From: an uncultured Candidatus Saccharibacteria bacterium
GTDB taxonomy: Bacteria > Patescibacteriota > Minisyncoccia > Phycocordibacterales > UBA2100
Reading direction: 5' to 3'
NCBI GenBank assembly: GCA_964434285.1
Contig: CAYSUJ010000002.1
Location: 57,913-121,912 of the forward strand
DNA length: 64,000 nt
The translations under genes were made by a program, and so were the position numbers. This document shows, piece after piece, positions 8,978 through 19,601 of the stretch. The notes under the pieces are model-generated. The model was not told the origin of the DNA. It did not search any database and saw only the letters and a list, made by a program, of their open reading frames with translations. Position 1 is the first letter of the stretch, and each line of letters starts with the position of its first letter.

Positions 8978-10963
8978 ATGAAAAAAACATTAAGGGAGTG
9001 GATAGCAAAAGTGTCAATTTTGGTGAGTTCACCATGGTATAGTGCCCCCGTGAATCATCTTTCGGGTCTCAACGATCGGCAAAAAGAAGCCGCCGAGCAT
9101 CTCGAAGGACCTCTCCTCATCGTGGCGGGAGCTGGTGCAGGAAAGACAAAGACTATTACGCACCGAATCGCTCACCTTATAGAGCAGGGGGCCCGTCCGG
9201 ACTGTATCCTCGCCGTTACCTTCACCAATAAGGCCGCTGCCGAGATGCGATCCCGAGCGCTTACACTCTTGGGGCTCGAGTCAAGCCTTTCATCCTTCTC
9301 ATCGCGCTCGCCGCGGATGACCACCTTTCACTCCCTTGGAGTGCAGATTTTGCGTGAACACGCGGGAACCTCCACTATTCCCGCCTCGTTTAACATCTGG
9401 GATCGAGACGACAGTACTCGCCTCATCAAGCGCATCCTTACTGAACGAGGACTCGAACGATTCACTCCACGCGCCGTTCTCGGACGCATATCGCGGGAAA
9501 AGGGTAAGGCACAGACGGTCGCAAGTTTCACCGAAAGCGCGCATTCTTTCGAGACTGAAGAAATTGCGGAGGTGTGGCGTCGCTATGAAGAAGGTCTTCG
9601 TCATGAGGGCGCACTCGACTTTGATGACCTCCTCCTCCACACACTCCTGCTTCTCCGGGAAAACGCCGTGGTTCGCGAGAAACTTCGTGAACGATGGCAG
9701 CATCTCACGATTGATGAATACCAAGACACAAACCGCGTGCAGTATGAGATTGCCCGCATACTTGCCGGCGAGCGGATGAATATCTGCGCCGTAGGAGATA
9801 TCGATCAAAATATCTACAGCTGGCGAGGAGCAGATCCACGTTACACACTTTCATTTGAGCGCGATTTTCCGAATGCGAAAGTGATTCTGCTCGAAGAGAA
9901 CTACCGATCGACGCAAACCATTCTCTCCGCAGCAAACGCAGTTATCGCAAAAAATACACGACGTTTTGAAAAACGACTCTTCACGGGAAATCCGACGGGC
10001 GAAGCGATCACTCTCTACGCTGGCGCGAGCGATAGGGAAGAGGCAATGTTTGTGGCGCGCACAACGCGCGAACTCCTTGGAAGCGGAGTTCTCGCGTCGG
10101 AAGTCGCAGTTCTCTTCCGTGAAAACTTCCAATCGCGCGCACTTGAGGAGGCATTCATCTGGGCCGGAATCCCGTATCGCGTGCTCGGCGTACGATTCTT
10201 TGACCGCGCCGAAGTGAAAGATGTGCTTGCCTACGTACGCGCCGCACTGAATCCGCGCGCCCTGACCGACTTTGCTCGTGCGGCAGGCACTCCCACACGC
10301 GGTATAGGAAAACAAACGCTCGAGAAAATTGCGCGGGGCGAGGATGCAGCGCTCTCCGGCGCCGCACGAGCAAAAGTGGATGGGTTCCGCGGATTACTAG
10401 GAAAAATTCGTACCGCACTCCTCGAAAAAACCGCCTCCGAGGCGCTTCGATACACCGCTCTGGAGAGCGGCATCGAGCGACTTCTTGCCGAGGACGACGA
10501 CGAGGCGCGCGAACGACTCACGAACATATTCGAACTCATTTCCCACGCCATGCGGTATGACGAACTCCCTGCGCCACAAGGAATAGAGAAACTCCTCGAA
10601 GATGCGGCGCTTATGGGCGAGCAAGATGCACTCCAAGATTCGCGCGAACGCCCCGTGTCCCTCATGACGGTTCACGCAGCAAAGGGCCTTGAGTTTGACG
10701 CGGTCTTTGTGACCGGCCTTGAACAAGGCCTCTTTCCCTCCGAGCGCGCAAACGACACCGAGCGCGATGACGAAGAGGAACGCCGACTCTTCTATGTTGC
10801 ACTCACGCGCGCGAAGAAACACTTGTATCTTACGCTCGCCGGCGCGCGCATGAAATATGGTTCCCGCGAGCACACCATTCCTTCGTCGTTCCTGCACGAC
10901 ATCGATGAGCGCCTCATCACATACGCCGATTCGCGTGCGTTTGAACCAACTATAGAATTATGA
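8978..10963 (+). CDS. pcrA: ATP-dependent DNA helicase PcrA/UvrD family
   Basis: Walker A AGAGAGKTKT; helicase motifs TFTNKAAAEM, TIDEYQDTN, VGDIDQNIYSWRGA, TVHAAKGLEFD. Start moved to ATG 8978 (MKKTLREW), which is preceded by a GGAGG RBS. ORF track start is 8858. Confidence 0.85.
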   Translation: MKKTLREWIAKVSILVSSPWYSAPVNHLSGLNDRQKEAAEHLEGPLLIVAGAGAGKTKTITHRIAHLIEQGARPDCILAVTFTNKAAAEMRSRALTLLGLESSLSSFSSRSPRMTTFHSLGVQILREHAGTSTIPASFNIWDRDDSTRLIKRILTERGLERFTPRAVLGRISREKGKAQTVASFTESAHSFETEEIAEVWRRYEEGLRHEGALDFDDLLLHTLLLLRENAVVREKLRERWQHLTIDEYQDTNRVQYEIARILAGERMNICAVGDIDQNIYSWRGADPRYTLSFERDFPNAKVILLEENYRSTQTILSAANAVIAKNTRRFEKRLFTGNPTGEAITLYAGASDREEAMFVARTTRELLGSGVLASEVAVLFRENFQSRALEEAFIWAGIPYRVLGVRFFDRAEVKDVLAYVRAALNPRALTDFARAAGTPTRGIGKQTLEKIARGEDAALSGAARAKVDGFRGLLGKIRTALLEKTASEALRYTALESGIERLLAEDDDEARERLTNIFELISHAMRYDELPAPQGIEKLLEDAALMGEQDALQDSRERPVSLMTVHAAKGLEFDAVFVTGLEQGLFPSERANDTERDDEEERRLFYVALTRAKKHLYLTLAGARMKYGSREHTIPSSFLHDIDERLITYADSRAFEPTIEL

Positions 10964-11739
10964 GACGCGGCGCACGCTTAGGACAGCATTTCTTGAACGC
11001 GGATTGGGTGGCTCGTGATCTAACGAAAAGCGTTGCCGTTCGGACAGGAGAGGCAATCCTCGAAATCGGTCCCGGCACCGGGGTACTGACTCGCCATCTG
11101 CTTGCGACCGGCGCACATGTAATCGCCATAGAGAAAGACGAGATACTCGTTGAAAAACTTAACGAGACATTTGCTGATGAAATTGACTCGGGCACATTCA
11201 CTCTCTTCGAGGGAGATGTGCGAGACGTCACCCCAGATACATTCCAACTCCCCACTTCCTATGTGCTCGCAGCAAATATTCCCTACTACATAACCGGTGA
11301 GATTATCCGCCACTTCCTCACCTCACTCCATCAACCGCGCGCGGCCGCTCTCTTGATCCAGAAAGAAGTGGCTGAACGTATTGTCGCTCGCGACGGCAAG
11401 GAAAGCATCCTCTCTCTTTCGGTCAAAGCCTATGGCAAGCCACGAATCGTGGCAAAAGTACCGGCAGGATGTTTTAATCCACCCCCATCAGTAGATTCCG
11501 CAATTATTCTTATTGACGATATATCCCGTGATTTCTTCGAAATAATACAGGAAGACGTCTTTTTCAGAATCGTGAAAGCCGGTTTTGCATCCAAGCGAAA
11601 AATGCTTGCGGGGAATTTGAAGGGTGTCACGTCACATGCGGGCGAAGTTTTGAAAGAAGCTGGGCTACCCGAAAAAGTGCGAGCTGAGGATGTTGATTTA
11701 GGGGGGTGGAGGAGGGTAGTTGAAAGATTGCAAAAGTAA
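10960..11739 (+). CDS. rsmA: 16S rRNA (adenine1518/1519-N6)-dimethyltransferase
   Basis: GQHFL start motif, SAM-binding LEIGPGTGVLT, NIPY motif. 259 aa. Start overlaps the pcrA stop. Confidence 0.85.
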   Translation: MRRGARLGQHFLNADWVARDLTKSVAVRTGEAILEIGPGTGVLTRHLLATGAHVIAIEKDEILVEKLNETFADEIDSGTFTLFEGDVRDVTPDTFQLPTSYVLAANIPYYITGEIIRHFLTSLHQPRAAALLIQKEVAERIVARDGKESILSLSVKAYGKPRIVAKVPAGCFNPPPSVDSAIILIDDISRDFFEIIQEDVFFRIVKAGFASKRKMLAGNLKGVTSHAGEVLKEAGLPEKVRAEDVDLGGWRRVVERLQK

Positions 11740-11852
11740 ATTTTTACTGACTCGCTCACAACTCTCGGCTCGCCGACGCTCGCCTCGGTCGCGAGCCCAG
11801 CTCGCGGTTCGGCCTTCTGTCCTCACAACGCTCCGCTCGAGTTCCCAAGAAA

Positions 11853-11878
11853 AAATCAGTGCTCAAGCACTGATTTTT
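11853..11878. terminator. bidirectional intrinsic terminator (perfect hairpin atcagtgct-caa-agcactgat flanked by A-run and T-run)
   Basis: Sequence gaaaaaatcagtgctcaagcactgatttttatt lies directly downstream of rsmA and of the minus-strand ORF ending at 11877. Confidence 0.6.
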
Positions 11879-12203
11879 ATTGGGAACTCCCCATCATATC
11901 TATATTGACGCCGGAATCGACTTGGATTGGGGCGAGAGACCAGACGCAATAATAGGGAGCACTTGCGAGACCAAGGAGCCACTGGCCGGTGCGACGCGGA
12001 GGACCGAACTGATAGGTGCGCGTCGCTGGCGTCCAGATGAAGGAGCCACCTCGCGGCCCTGATAGATACACCTGAATAGCGTTGTTGTAACAGGGACGAA
12101 CCATGGTGATCTGCCCACCAAACGGGAATGCATACGTTATATGAGGAATCGAGAGTGCGATCAGTAAACCCAAAGCAAAGACACGCATGTGCACAGTGTA
12201 CAT
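11877..12203 (-). CDS. small hypothetical secreted protein (signal peptide MRVFALGLLIALSIPHITYA)
   Basis: ORF ends exactly at the terminator hairpin and has an N-terminal signal-peptide-like segment. It overlaps the annotated N-terminal extension of the next plus-strand ORF, so only one of the two is likely real. Confidence 0.3.
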   Translation of the reverse strand: MYTVHMRVFALGLLIALSIPHITYAFPFGGQITMVRPCYNNAIQVYLSGPRGGSFIWTPATRTYQFGPPRRTGQWLLGLASAPYYCVWSLAPIQVDSGVNIDMMGSSQ

Positions 12204-12265
12204 CCTACGGCTTAGCCACAGCTATACTTACACACATGCTTCATGAGGGAGGGAACTATAACGAC

Positions 12266-13189
12266 ATGATAGGAACGCAAGCTCCCGAGATCGCCTCGAT
12301 TCCAAAAGTCGACGTAGAAATGCATAATTCTTGGATACAGCGTCATCCGTATGCGGCAGTCGCGATTGGCATCGGAGGAATCTTGATTCTCGGTGGCACG
12401 ATCGTGCTACAGCGTATGAGCGTCGCACCCACTCCTCAGAGCGGCTCGTGGGGAGGTGCCGGCGGTGCGTTTTTTGGCACGGTCAGAAATGCCACGCTTC
12501 TACACACTTCCCCCAACACAACCTCAAGCGGGGGCACCGACAATTATGCCGTCATTCCAATATACGACACTTCGTCGGGAGGAGAGGGAGTTACAGTGCC
12601 TGAAGGATTGGCCGAACTTCTTGCGCTCATTGTGCGCACAGACGATACGGGCACCACATCCACAGAAACCCCCAGCGCCTATTCATTCATCCCACAGGGG
12701 CTCGTGAGTGCTGAAAAACCCGCGAAACCACGGACACAGGCCCAGGATCGCCTGCACTCATACGGAAACGCAGTTGGCACGCTCGTGAAGCCGTTCGAAG
12801 ATAACGCACGCATCAATGCGCAAACACTCAAAAATCACACCGAGGATCGAAATAATCCGGAAAAAGCGGATCAACTTAACGCCCTCGCCCTCAATCTTGC
12901 GCAACTTGGCGTGGATATCTTGGCGACAACGGGCGTACCCGAGAGCGCCGCAGCAGCACATAAAGAATACGGCACCGCATATCGCATGCTTGGCACGCGC
13001 CTCGCGGCAATAACGAAAACACAGACGGATGAGGAGTTTTTAAATGCAATTGTGAGCTATAACACCGCTGCTGAGGAACTCACGAAGAAGTTTTTATTGC
13101 TGATTGCCATCTTTAATACTAACGAGATTACTTTTTCCTCATCAGAACCAGGCAGTATATTCATGTTTAGTGCGTCTGGGTCTCTCTAA
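12266..13189 (+). CDS. hypothetical membrane-anchored protein, first gene of the T4SS-like locus
   Basis: Single TM segment (AAVAIGIGGILILGGTIVLQ) then a Thr/Ser/Gly-rich region. No family recognised. ORF track starts at 12128; internal ATGs at 12266 and 12320 avoid the overlap with the minus ORF. Confidence 0.35.
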   Translation: MIGTQAPEIASIPKVDVEMHNSWIQRHPYAAVAIGIGGILILGGTIVLQRMSVAPTPQSGSWGGAGGAFFGTVRNATLLHTSPNTTSSGGTDNYAVIPIYDTSSGGEGVTVPEGLAELLALIVRTDDTGTTSTETPSAYSFIPQGLVSAEKPAKPRTQAQDRLHSYGNAVGTLVKPFEDNARINAQTLKNHTEDRNNPEKADQLNALALNLAQLGVDILATTGVPESAAAAHKEYGTAYRMLGTRLAAITKTQTDEEFLNAIVSYNTAAEELTKKFLLLIAIFNTNEITFSSSEPGSIFMFSASGSL

Positions 13190-13207
13190 GGGCGGTATAA
13201 TAGCGGG

Positions 13208-14050
13208 GTGAAAGCTCGTTTCTCCCGCGGCGCCTCTCCCATCGCTGTTGTCGCAGCGCTCTCTGTCGCGATACTTATTGCCACCATTGGCTCGGAATTA
13301 GGCGAGCGCTTGCGCCCTGCGCCCGTGCGTGAGGTGCAGGAGCCCTCACAAGCACGGGCGTATGTCCCCATAACGGACGCCGATGGCGATGGCGTACCCG
13401 ACTGGCAGGAGGAATTCTTTGGCGCGAACGCCTCTTCAACGGTCGCGTCTTCAACCGTACCGAGCGACCCGGTGGAAGCCTTTGGCGGCGCCGTCATGCA
13501 GTCACTTGTTTCTGGCTATCTCTCACTTAAAGAATATGATCAATACACGCCCGAACGGGGAGAGATCCTCGCCGAACGCCTTGCTGCGGAAATGAAGGCG
13601 CCCGTCATCTTCGTCCCCCACACGGAATCCGAACTCACCCTCGTTGCAGAGACCGGTGAGGCACAACTTTTACGCTACCGAAGCGATATGCGTGAAGCAC
13701 TTGCGCCAATGGTCGATCTCTCTGCGGAGCCTGAATTTTCACTCTATGCGCGTTATGTCGCGACGAACGATGTGGCATGGCTCGATAAGCTCTCTGAAAC
13801 CGCAGCACGATACCGTGCGGCCGAATCAGCCGCGCTCCAGGTCGAAGTACCCATGAGCGCGAAGGAGGTACATCTCCGCGCCGTGAACGCCCTTGGAAAG
13901 TATACGGAGACCTTGGAGCGACTTGTCCGCTTTGCGGACGACCCGATAGCCTCATTGGTGCTTTTGAGAACGTATAATGAAGATGAGCGAGAATTCCTTC
14001 TCGCGTTTGATGTATTGGCAAAATTTTATGTTGAGAACATTGAGAAATAG
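13208..14050 (+). CDS. hypothetical secreted/anchored protein (T4SS-like locus)
   Basis: N-terminal hydrophobic anchor (IAVVAALSVAILIATIG). 280 aa. No family recognised. Confidence 0.4.
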   Translation: MKARFSRGASPIAVVAALSVAILIATIGSELGERLRPAPVREVQEPSQARAYVPITDADGDGVPDWQEEFFGANASSTVASSTVPSDPVEAFGGAVMQSLVSGYLSLKEYDQYTPERGEILAERLAAEMKAPVIFVPHTESELTLVAETGEAQLLRYRSDMREALAPMVDLSAEPEFSLYARYVATNDVAWLDKLSETAARYRAAESAALQVEVPMSAKEVHLRAVNALGKYTETLERLVRFADDPIASLVLLRTYNEDEREFLLAFDVLAKFYVENIEK

Positions 14051-15635
14051 TGCACATACGTTAAAGCTTCTTCTTGGCTTCTCTCTTTTACTCTGCACAC
14101 CTTTTACGGCGCATGGCCAAGCTCAGCCAAATCCAAATAATCCTAATCTGATAAACAGCACGCCACAACAAATCGCTGCATCTTCAACACTCTCTAACGA
14201 CGGAATCTTCGGCTGTCGCGGCGTCGGTGCGCAAGTCGCTAATGTAGGAACACAAACAGCAATTGGAGGCGTGTACGTTCCCGTCAACGACGCTGCTGTG
14301 ACACTTAATACAGGATTTTTGGTATATAAGGAATGTATTCTTGATGGTGTCGCACGCAAAATCGCCGAAAATGTCTCGGCGGAGTATCTCAACCAAAGCT
14401 ACCGAGCCTTCAGTCGCGGTCGCGGCGGAAATCCGCAGTATGTGACGAATATTGGGGAAGAAATGCGACGCCAGGGAAATATTATTGTCGTAAACGCACT
14501 CCAGGGCACCTATCAAAACGCTCTTTGTCCAGCATTTAAAAATACGGTGGTAGGGGGCTATGCACGACAGTTCGTACGCTCTCAAAACTCACCAGCGTCT
14601 ACCATAACCTGCAGTCTACCGACAAACCAAGATAACTATTGGGAGACTCTTGCCGCGTTCAGGGAACGCCAAAATTACCCGTACGGTGCATACCAAATAC
14701 TCGAAACCCAACTCGACGCTACTCTTGCATATAATGAAAGAAATCAACGAGAGCGCTGGGGGTGGAACAGGGGCGTCTATGATGCGGTTGATACCATTGA
14801 CAACCCATTGAATGCACGTGTGATCACCCCCGGATTTCTTATTGCTGATTCAATATCTCAGCTCAGCGGTTCCGGCTTCCGCCAGCTTGAGAATGCGAAT
14901 GAAATTGATCAAGTGGTAGGAAACCTCTTCGGCGGACTCACCACGCAACTCATTTCCGACACCCGGGGGCTTGAGGGTCTAGCGCAATCCGTAAACGGCC
15001 AACCGTCATATCTCGACCGCATGACAGCGCAAACTTCAGCAAATGTGCGTCAGCAGGCGACAAACGCCGCCCTCTCCATCATCAGTTCCGCACGCCAGAT
15101 CGAGGTGAACTACCGCACTGCAAAAGAAGCGATTGCAACAGGGTTAAGTAACGCAATCGAGCAATTGCGCTCTGCCGAGCGCCAGTGTTGGGATCTCATC
15201 ATCCCGGCCGTACAAACCTACGCTACGGGACAGGGAGTCTCACAACTAAACATTGCGACGTCGACGCAATTCTCTCAACAAATTATTGATTCGCAGATTG
15301 CACCACTTGCAACAACAACCATTAATGAGATCCGCGCATCAGACACCACCATTGGCGCTTTGAACGAACTCATATCCAGCGTGTCCAACAGCGCCTCCCA
15401 AGCAAATCAGCAACAAGCACTCCTGCGCCTCGACACACTGGTTGCAAACGGCCAGCTCCGCACCGCACAAGACGCGACGAACGCCGCGCAACAGCGTGAC
15501 AATGTGCTCGGCGCGCTTACCACGCTGGTAACAGACACCGTAAAGGGCTGGGGGGATAGTCCTGATCCTAATATCGGTTGGTGTAACGTCAACAACACTG
15601 CGGTAGTCGAGCGGTGGTTCAATGCATGGAAATAA
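14028..15635 (+). CDS. hypothetical secreted protein (T4SS-like locus)
   Basis: Signal peptide LKLLLGFSLLLCTPFTAHGQA, rich in Q/N/A/T. About 535 aa from ATG 14028. ORF track start is 13977. Confidence 0.4.
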   Translation: MLRTLRNSAHTLKLLLGFSLLLCTPFTAHGQAQPNPNNPNLINSTPQQIAASSTLSNDGIFGCRGVGAQVANVGTQTAIGGVYVPVNDAAVTLNTGFLVYKECILDGVARKIAENVSAEYLNQSYRAFSRGRGGNPQYVTNIGEEMRRQGNIIVVNALQGTYQNALCPAFKNTVVGGYARQFVRSQNSPASTITCSLPTNQDNYWETLAAFRERQNYPYGAYQILETQLDATLAYNERNQRERWGWNRGVYDAVDTIDNPLNARVITPGFLIADSISQLSGSGFRQLENANEIDQVVGNLFGGLTTQLISDTRGLEGLAQSVNGQPSYLDRMTAQTSANVRQQATNAALSIISSARQIEVNYRTAKEAIATGLSNAIEQLRSAERQCWDLIIPAVQTYATGQGVSQLNIATSTQFSQQIIDSQIAPLATTTINEIRASDTTIGALNELISSVSNSASQANQQQALLRLDTLVANGQLRTAQDATNAAQQRDNVLGALTTLVTDTVKGWGDSPDPNIGWCNVNNTAVVERWFNAWK

Positions 15636-17826
15636 TATGGGCACACTCTTCCGTTCGTTCGCAGTAGTCGCTCTTGTGAGCGCCCTACTCGTACCATCCA
15701 TTTTTGCACAAGCACAAGGCACACCCGGTGTTGGCGGAACAGACACACAAGTAGAGAGTGGCGGCGGATCGGGGATCACCGATACCGCAGGAAACATGCT
15801 TGAATCTCCATCGCCCGGTGGTAAGTCGTGGTTTGAATCATGGATTTGGGACCCTCTACTTAACTTGCTCGGCACCTCACTCATGACACTCTCAGCAGTA
15901 GTACTCACTATTGCGGGTAAAGCATTTGATACGTTTTTAAAATTAATGATTCTCGACTTCCGCACCACTTTTGATGGCACCATCAAGGGGATCCAGATTG
16001 GGTGGCAATTGTTCCGCGATTTAGCCAATCTTGCAATCATTGGCATTTTTGTGTTTGTCGCAGTTATGACCATCCTGGGCAAAACTGAATTTGGTGCCAA
16101 AAAACTGATCGCTCGGGTGCTCATTGTTGCCGTCCTCATAAATTTCAGCCTCCTTTTTACCAATATCGCGATAGAGACCACAAATTTCCTCTCCACCAAA
16201 TTCTGGCAGGCAATGTCGCCCCAAATCAAAGATCAAGGCACTGCACAAACATTCCTGAAGGCGTTTGGAATCGAGAATTACTGGAGTGATTCGTCTAAAC
16301 TGGTATCTGGCGTCACCACAAACACAGGAAGTGGCCTCACGGGTTTCATGTATGGAGTCGTGGGCGCGATCGCGTTCCTCATGATCTCATACGTACTTTT
16401 GTATGGTGCATTTGTAATTACCGCACGAGCGCTCCTACTCATATTCGCACTCTTAACCTCCTCCATCGCGTTCGCATCCATTATGCTTCCCGACCATCTC
16501 GCAAAAACTTCATATGTAGGGTGGTATGCCTGGAAATCAAACCTCATCAAAGCTGCCATGTTTGGCCCTCTCCTTATTCTCTTCCTCTGGATAACCATGA
16601 AGATCATTCAAGAGGCCAATCCAAACGGAGCTGGGCGTGCGCTTTCTACACTCGCCCACACTCCCGAAAAAGTAACTCCGGAAGCATGGCAACAGATAAT
16701 CATACTTATGATCGGCACTGGCATTCTCTACATCGCCATCCGCTCCGCGGGCTCGTTTGCGAATTCCATTGCCGGATACAGTGATCTTAAATTCGGACTT
16801 GGAGCTTCACTTGCATACGGTTCGCGCGGGCTGGGGGTGGTCGGACGTAATACCGTGGGAAGATACGCGACATGGCGAGACCCCAAGAACGAACAAGCAT
16901 TGCTACTGGCGAAATCACGTCTTGCTAATTTGGAAAACCAAGGAATTAAGGGGTTCCAGCGCTGGCAGGCGCAATCTGAGGTAAGCAGGCTCGAGCGTAC
17001 GAAACGAAATTCTGCCCGGCTTGCCGGCGGCAGCTTCAACGCACTCAATTACGATGTAACTAAGAAGTTGGTGAAGAATCTCGGAGCCCAAGGGGCTCTC
17101 GGAGAAAAAAATAAGAGCTTTGAAGCTCGTCTGAAAGAGACAAGTAAAGAAGCGGCCAAGAAAGCCCTTACCGAGACCGTTTCAAAGAAAGACGCGATGA
17201 AATCAGCAGAAGAACTCACGCGACAACAAAAGGACATGCTGAAGCAACAGAAAGAGGGTGCTCAAAAAGTCGTGGAAGAGATCAGGAAATCTACCGTCCA
17301 GTCGGCAAGTGCACAAAAGGCAAGCGAACAGCACGCCGCCGCAGCAGAACGAGCAGAAAAAGTACGCTCCGACGCAGAGAGACAAAAGATTGACGTTGAC
17401 AGAGAACATTCCTCCGGAAATATAGACAAACAGAAGCGTGACGAGTTGATACGAGCACAGGATAACCGCATTGAGAAAGCAAATGAGGAAGTGCAAACTA
17501 CATTAAAGGCTATGGAGAGCATTAATCAGCCCCTTCGCGATGCAACCGCGAAATACGAGAAAATTGCCGAACAACACGAATCCTACGACGTGACAAAAGA
17601 AGCAGAGAAAATCGCAAGTAGAGTACTTGAAAACAACGTGGAAGCAATGAAAGAGAAGGCTGCCAAATATGCCTCGTGGCCCGGAACGAGAAACGGTCTC
17701 TTCGCTCAAGCGGCGCGTGCTCAGGTGAAAGAACAAAAGGCCAAGAAGGAGTCGGACGATAAATCATCCAAAGCATTCAAAAATACGCTGAAAGAAATGT
17801 TAAAGGATGTAGAGAAAGAAAAGTAA
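15622..17826 (+). CDS. polytopic membrane protein, VirB6/TrbL-like, with charged coiled-coil C-terminal tail
   Basis: At least 6 hydrophobic helices in residues 90-370, then a Lys/Glu-rich coiled-coil tail of ~300 aa. Its position upstream of VirB4 fits a VirB6/TrbL role. Confidence 0.45.
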   Translation: MHGNNMGTLFRSFAVVALVSALLVPSIFAQAQGTPGVGGTDTQVESGGGSGITDTAGNMLESPSPGGKSWFESWIWDPLLNLLGTSLMTLSAVVLTIAGKAFDTFLKLMILDFRTTFDGTIKGIQIGWQLFRDLANLAIIGIFVFVAVMTILGKTEFGAKKLIARVLIVAVLINFSLLFTNIAIETTNFLSTKFWQAMSPQIKDQGTAQTFLKAFGIENYWSDSSKLVSGVTTNTGSGLTGFMYGVVGAIAFLMISYVLLYGAFVITARALLLIFALLTSSIAFASIMLPDHLAKTSYVGWYAWKSNLIKAAMFGPLLILFLWITMKIIQEANPNGAGRALSTLAHTPEKVTPEAWQQIIILMIGTGILYIAIRSAGSFANSIAGYSDLKFGLGASLAYGSRGLGVVGRNTVGRYATWRDPKNEQALLLAKSRLANLENQGIKGFQRWQAQSEVSRLERTKRNSARLAGGSFNALNYDVTKKLVKNLGAQGALGEKNKSFEARLKETSKEAAKKALTETVSKKDAMKSAEELTRQQKDMLKQQKEGAQKVVEEIRKSTVQSASAQKASEQHAAAAERAEKVRSDAERQKIDVDREHSSGNIDKQKRDELIRAQDNRIEKANEEVQTTLKAMESINQPLRDATAKYEKIAEQHESYDVTKEAEKIASRVLENNVEAMKEKAAKYASWPGTRNGLFAQAARAQVKEQKAKKESDDKSSKAFKNTLKEMLKDVEKEK

Positions 17827-17828
17827 GA

Positions 17829-18398
17829 ATGAGTATGGATGTAAACAAAGACTTTAAAGAAGCCCTTGCCCAGCGATTTAAGGAACTTCCCGCGCCGGTG
17901 CAGCAAGCCATAACATCGAGTGACATTGAGAAACGATTGCGCGAACTCGCCACCCAGCACCGACTTCACGTCGATCAATGGGATGCACTTGAAAATGAGG
18001 TTATGCTTGCCTTGCTTGGATTTGAACATCCGCAGGATCTTGAGAAAAACTTACGCAGTGCGCTTGGTGTAAGCGGCGAGACTGTGCAACATGTCGCACA
18101 AGATATAAACAGGATAGTATTCGAACCAATTCGCGAGGAGCTTGAGCGCCAGCTCGAACACCCACGGGCACAGGAAAAACAGCTCACAGGTGCCGAGGAA
18201 GCGCGGGAACAGCTCTTAAGGGGACAAAAAGCGAGTGACGCACCCCCTGTAACAACCCCTCCCGCCCCAACACCCCCCGCACCAAAAACAGATGCGACGG
18301 TGGCGCGTGCGCCCACGTCCGGCGCTTACAAACCCGGCGAAACTTCAATGGTGCGTAAATCAGTTGCTGACGACCCATATCGTGAATTGCCACAGTAA
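17829..18398 (+). CDS. hypothetical protein with Pro/Ala/Thr-rich C-terminus (T4SS-like locus)
   Basis: 189 aa, no family recognised. Tightly packed after the previous gene, 2-nt gap. Confidence 0.3.
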   Translation: MSMDVNKDFKEALAQRFKELPAPVQQAITSSDIEKRLRELATQHRLHVDQWDALENEVMLALLGFEHPQDLEKNLRSALGVSGETVQHVAQDINRIVFEPIREELERQLEHPRAQEKQLTGAEEAREQLLRGQKASDAPPVTTPPAPTPPAPKTDATVARAPTSGAYKPGETSMVRKSVADDPYRELPQ

Positions 18399-18427
18399 CA
18401 CCTCAATTCATTGGTATAATCTGGGGA

Positions 18428-18931
18428 ATGCAGTTCCAAGTGCCTCAATTCATCGAGGTCGAGGATAAGATCTTCGGACCACTTACGTTCAAACAATTCG
18501 TCTACGTTGCCGGGGGACTGGGCATCGCGTATATCCTCTGGCGCGCCCTTCCGACATTCCTTGCAGCCCCCCTTGGCCTCGCATTTGCAGGACTCGGCAT
18601 TGCGCTTGCCTTTGTACAGTACAACAGCCAGCCCTTCATCGTCGCCGTTGAGCACGCATTTTTCTACCTTATTCGCGGCAAGTTGTACCTCTGGAACAAC
18701 GAGCAGGCCGTTGCGCGCGCAAAAAAAACGAATCAAGAGACTGCTGCTTCGGCACAGGCACCGTATGTGCCACACCTTTCAGACAGCAAGCTCCACGAGC
18801 TCTCCTGGAGTCTTGATATCAACGAACGCATATCATCAGGCATCGCGAGCGGGGAAGACCGTGCACGAAATGTACCAACGGACGCACTTGTGGCGCCCGT
18901 ACGAACTGCTCGCGATGCGCTTCCCCAATAA
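18428..18931 (+). CDS. small two-TM membrane protein, VirB3/PrgI-like candidate
   Basis: Two hydrophobic helices (FVYVAGGLGIAYILWRAL, LGLAFAGLGIALAFV). Its size and position just before the VirB4 N-terminal-like ORF resemble VirB3/PrgI. Confidence 0.35.
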   Translation: MQFQVPQFIEVEDKIFGPLTFKQFVYVAGGLGIAYILWRALPTFLAAPLGLAFAGLGIALAFVQYNSQPFIVAVEHAFFYLIRGKLYLWNNEQAVARAKKTNQETAASAQAPYVPHLSDSKLHELSWSLDINERISSGIASGEDRARNVPTDALVAPVRTARDALPQ

Positions 18932-18933
18932 CT

Positions 18934-19596
18934 ATGCCCGAAGCATCTACGATTCGCTCAAAAAACCGCTCTACACAAGAGTTTGTGCCGATTTCTGAGG
19001 TGCGCGACGGCATTATTGTGCTTCGCGACGGCGGGCTTCGAGCAATCCTCCTTGCTTCATCGATCAACTTCGCCCTCAAATCCGAAGATGAACAAACGGC
19101 ATTTATCGTGCAGTTTCAAAACTTTCTAAACTCTCTCGATTTTTCGTGCCAAATATTCGTTGAATCGCGCATGTTAGACATCCGCCCGTATATCGCCACC
19201 CTTGAAGTGGCATATAAAAACCAGATCGATGACCTCATGCGAATACAGATCCGCGAGTACATCGAGTTTATAAAGAGCTTCACCGAGGCGGCAAATATCA
19301 TGACAAAGAATTTCTTTGTAGTGGTGCCATATGCCGCATCGTCCCTCCCTTCCATTAGTGGTGGTGTGGGGGGGAAAATATTCGGCGCAAAAAATGCACC
19401 GAGCGCGGCTGATGCGAACCGCACGTTTGAAGAAAAAGTCTCGCAACTTGAGCAGCGTATTGCCATTGTCCAACAGGGCCTTGTCCGCTGCGGTGTACGC
19501 ACCGTGCAACTCGGCACCGAGGAGGCAATCGAGCTCTTCTACAAACTCTTCAATCCTGGGGAGGAGGGAAAGCCAATGCCTCTCAATAGTGAATAG
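18934..19596 (+). CDS. VirB4/TrbE N-terminal-domain-like protein, putative detached N-terminal part of VirB4
   Basis: The pattern VPISEVRDGIIVLRDGGLRAILLASSINFALKSEDEQ resembles the conserved N-terminal region of VirB4/TrbE/CagE ATPases. The downstream ATPase ORF lacks that region. 220 aa. Confidence 0.4.
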   Translation: MPEASTIRSKNRSTQEFVPISEVRDGIIVLRDGGLRAILLASSINFALKSEDEQTAFIVQFQNFLNSLDFSCQIFVESRMLDIRPYIATLEVAYKNQIDDLMRIQIREYIEFIKSFTEAANIMTKNFFVVVPYAASSLPSISGGVGGKIFGAKNAPSAADANRTFEEKVSQLEQRIAIVQQGLVRCGVRTVQLGTEEAIELFYKLFNPGEEGKPMPLNSE

Positions 19597-19601
19597 TGTG
19601 T

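Noticed and set aside
9299-10897. Several 150-170-aa minus-strand ORFs inside pcrA
   Set aside because: Antisense to a gene with clear helicase motifs. Arg-rich translations are typical of GC-rich antisense frames.
15339-16229. 296-aa minus-strand ORF overlapping the end of the secreted protein gene and the start of the VirB6-like gene
   Set aside because: Antisense to two coherent same-strand genes. No motifs.
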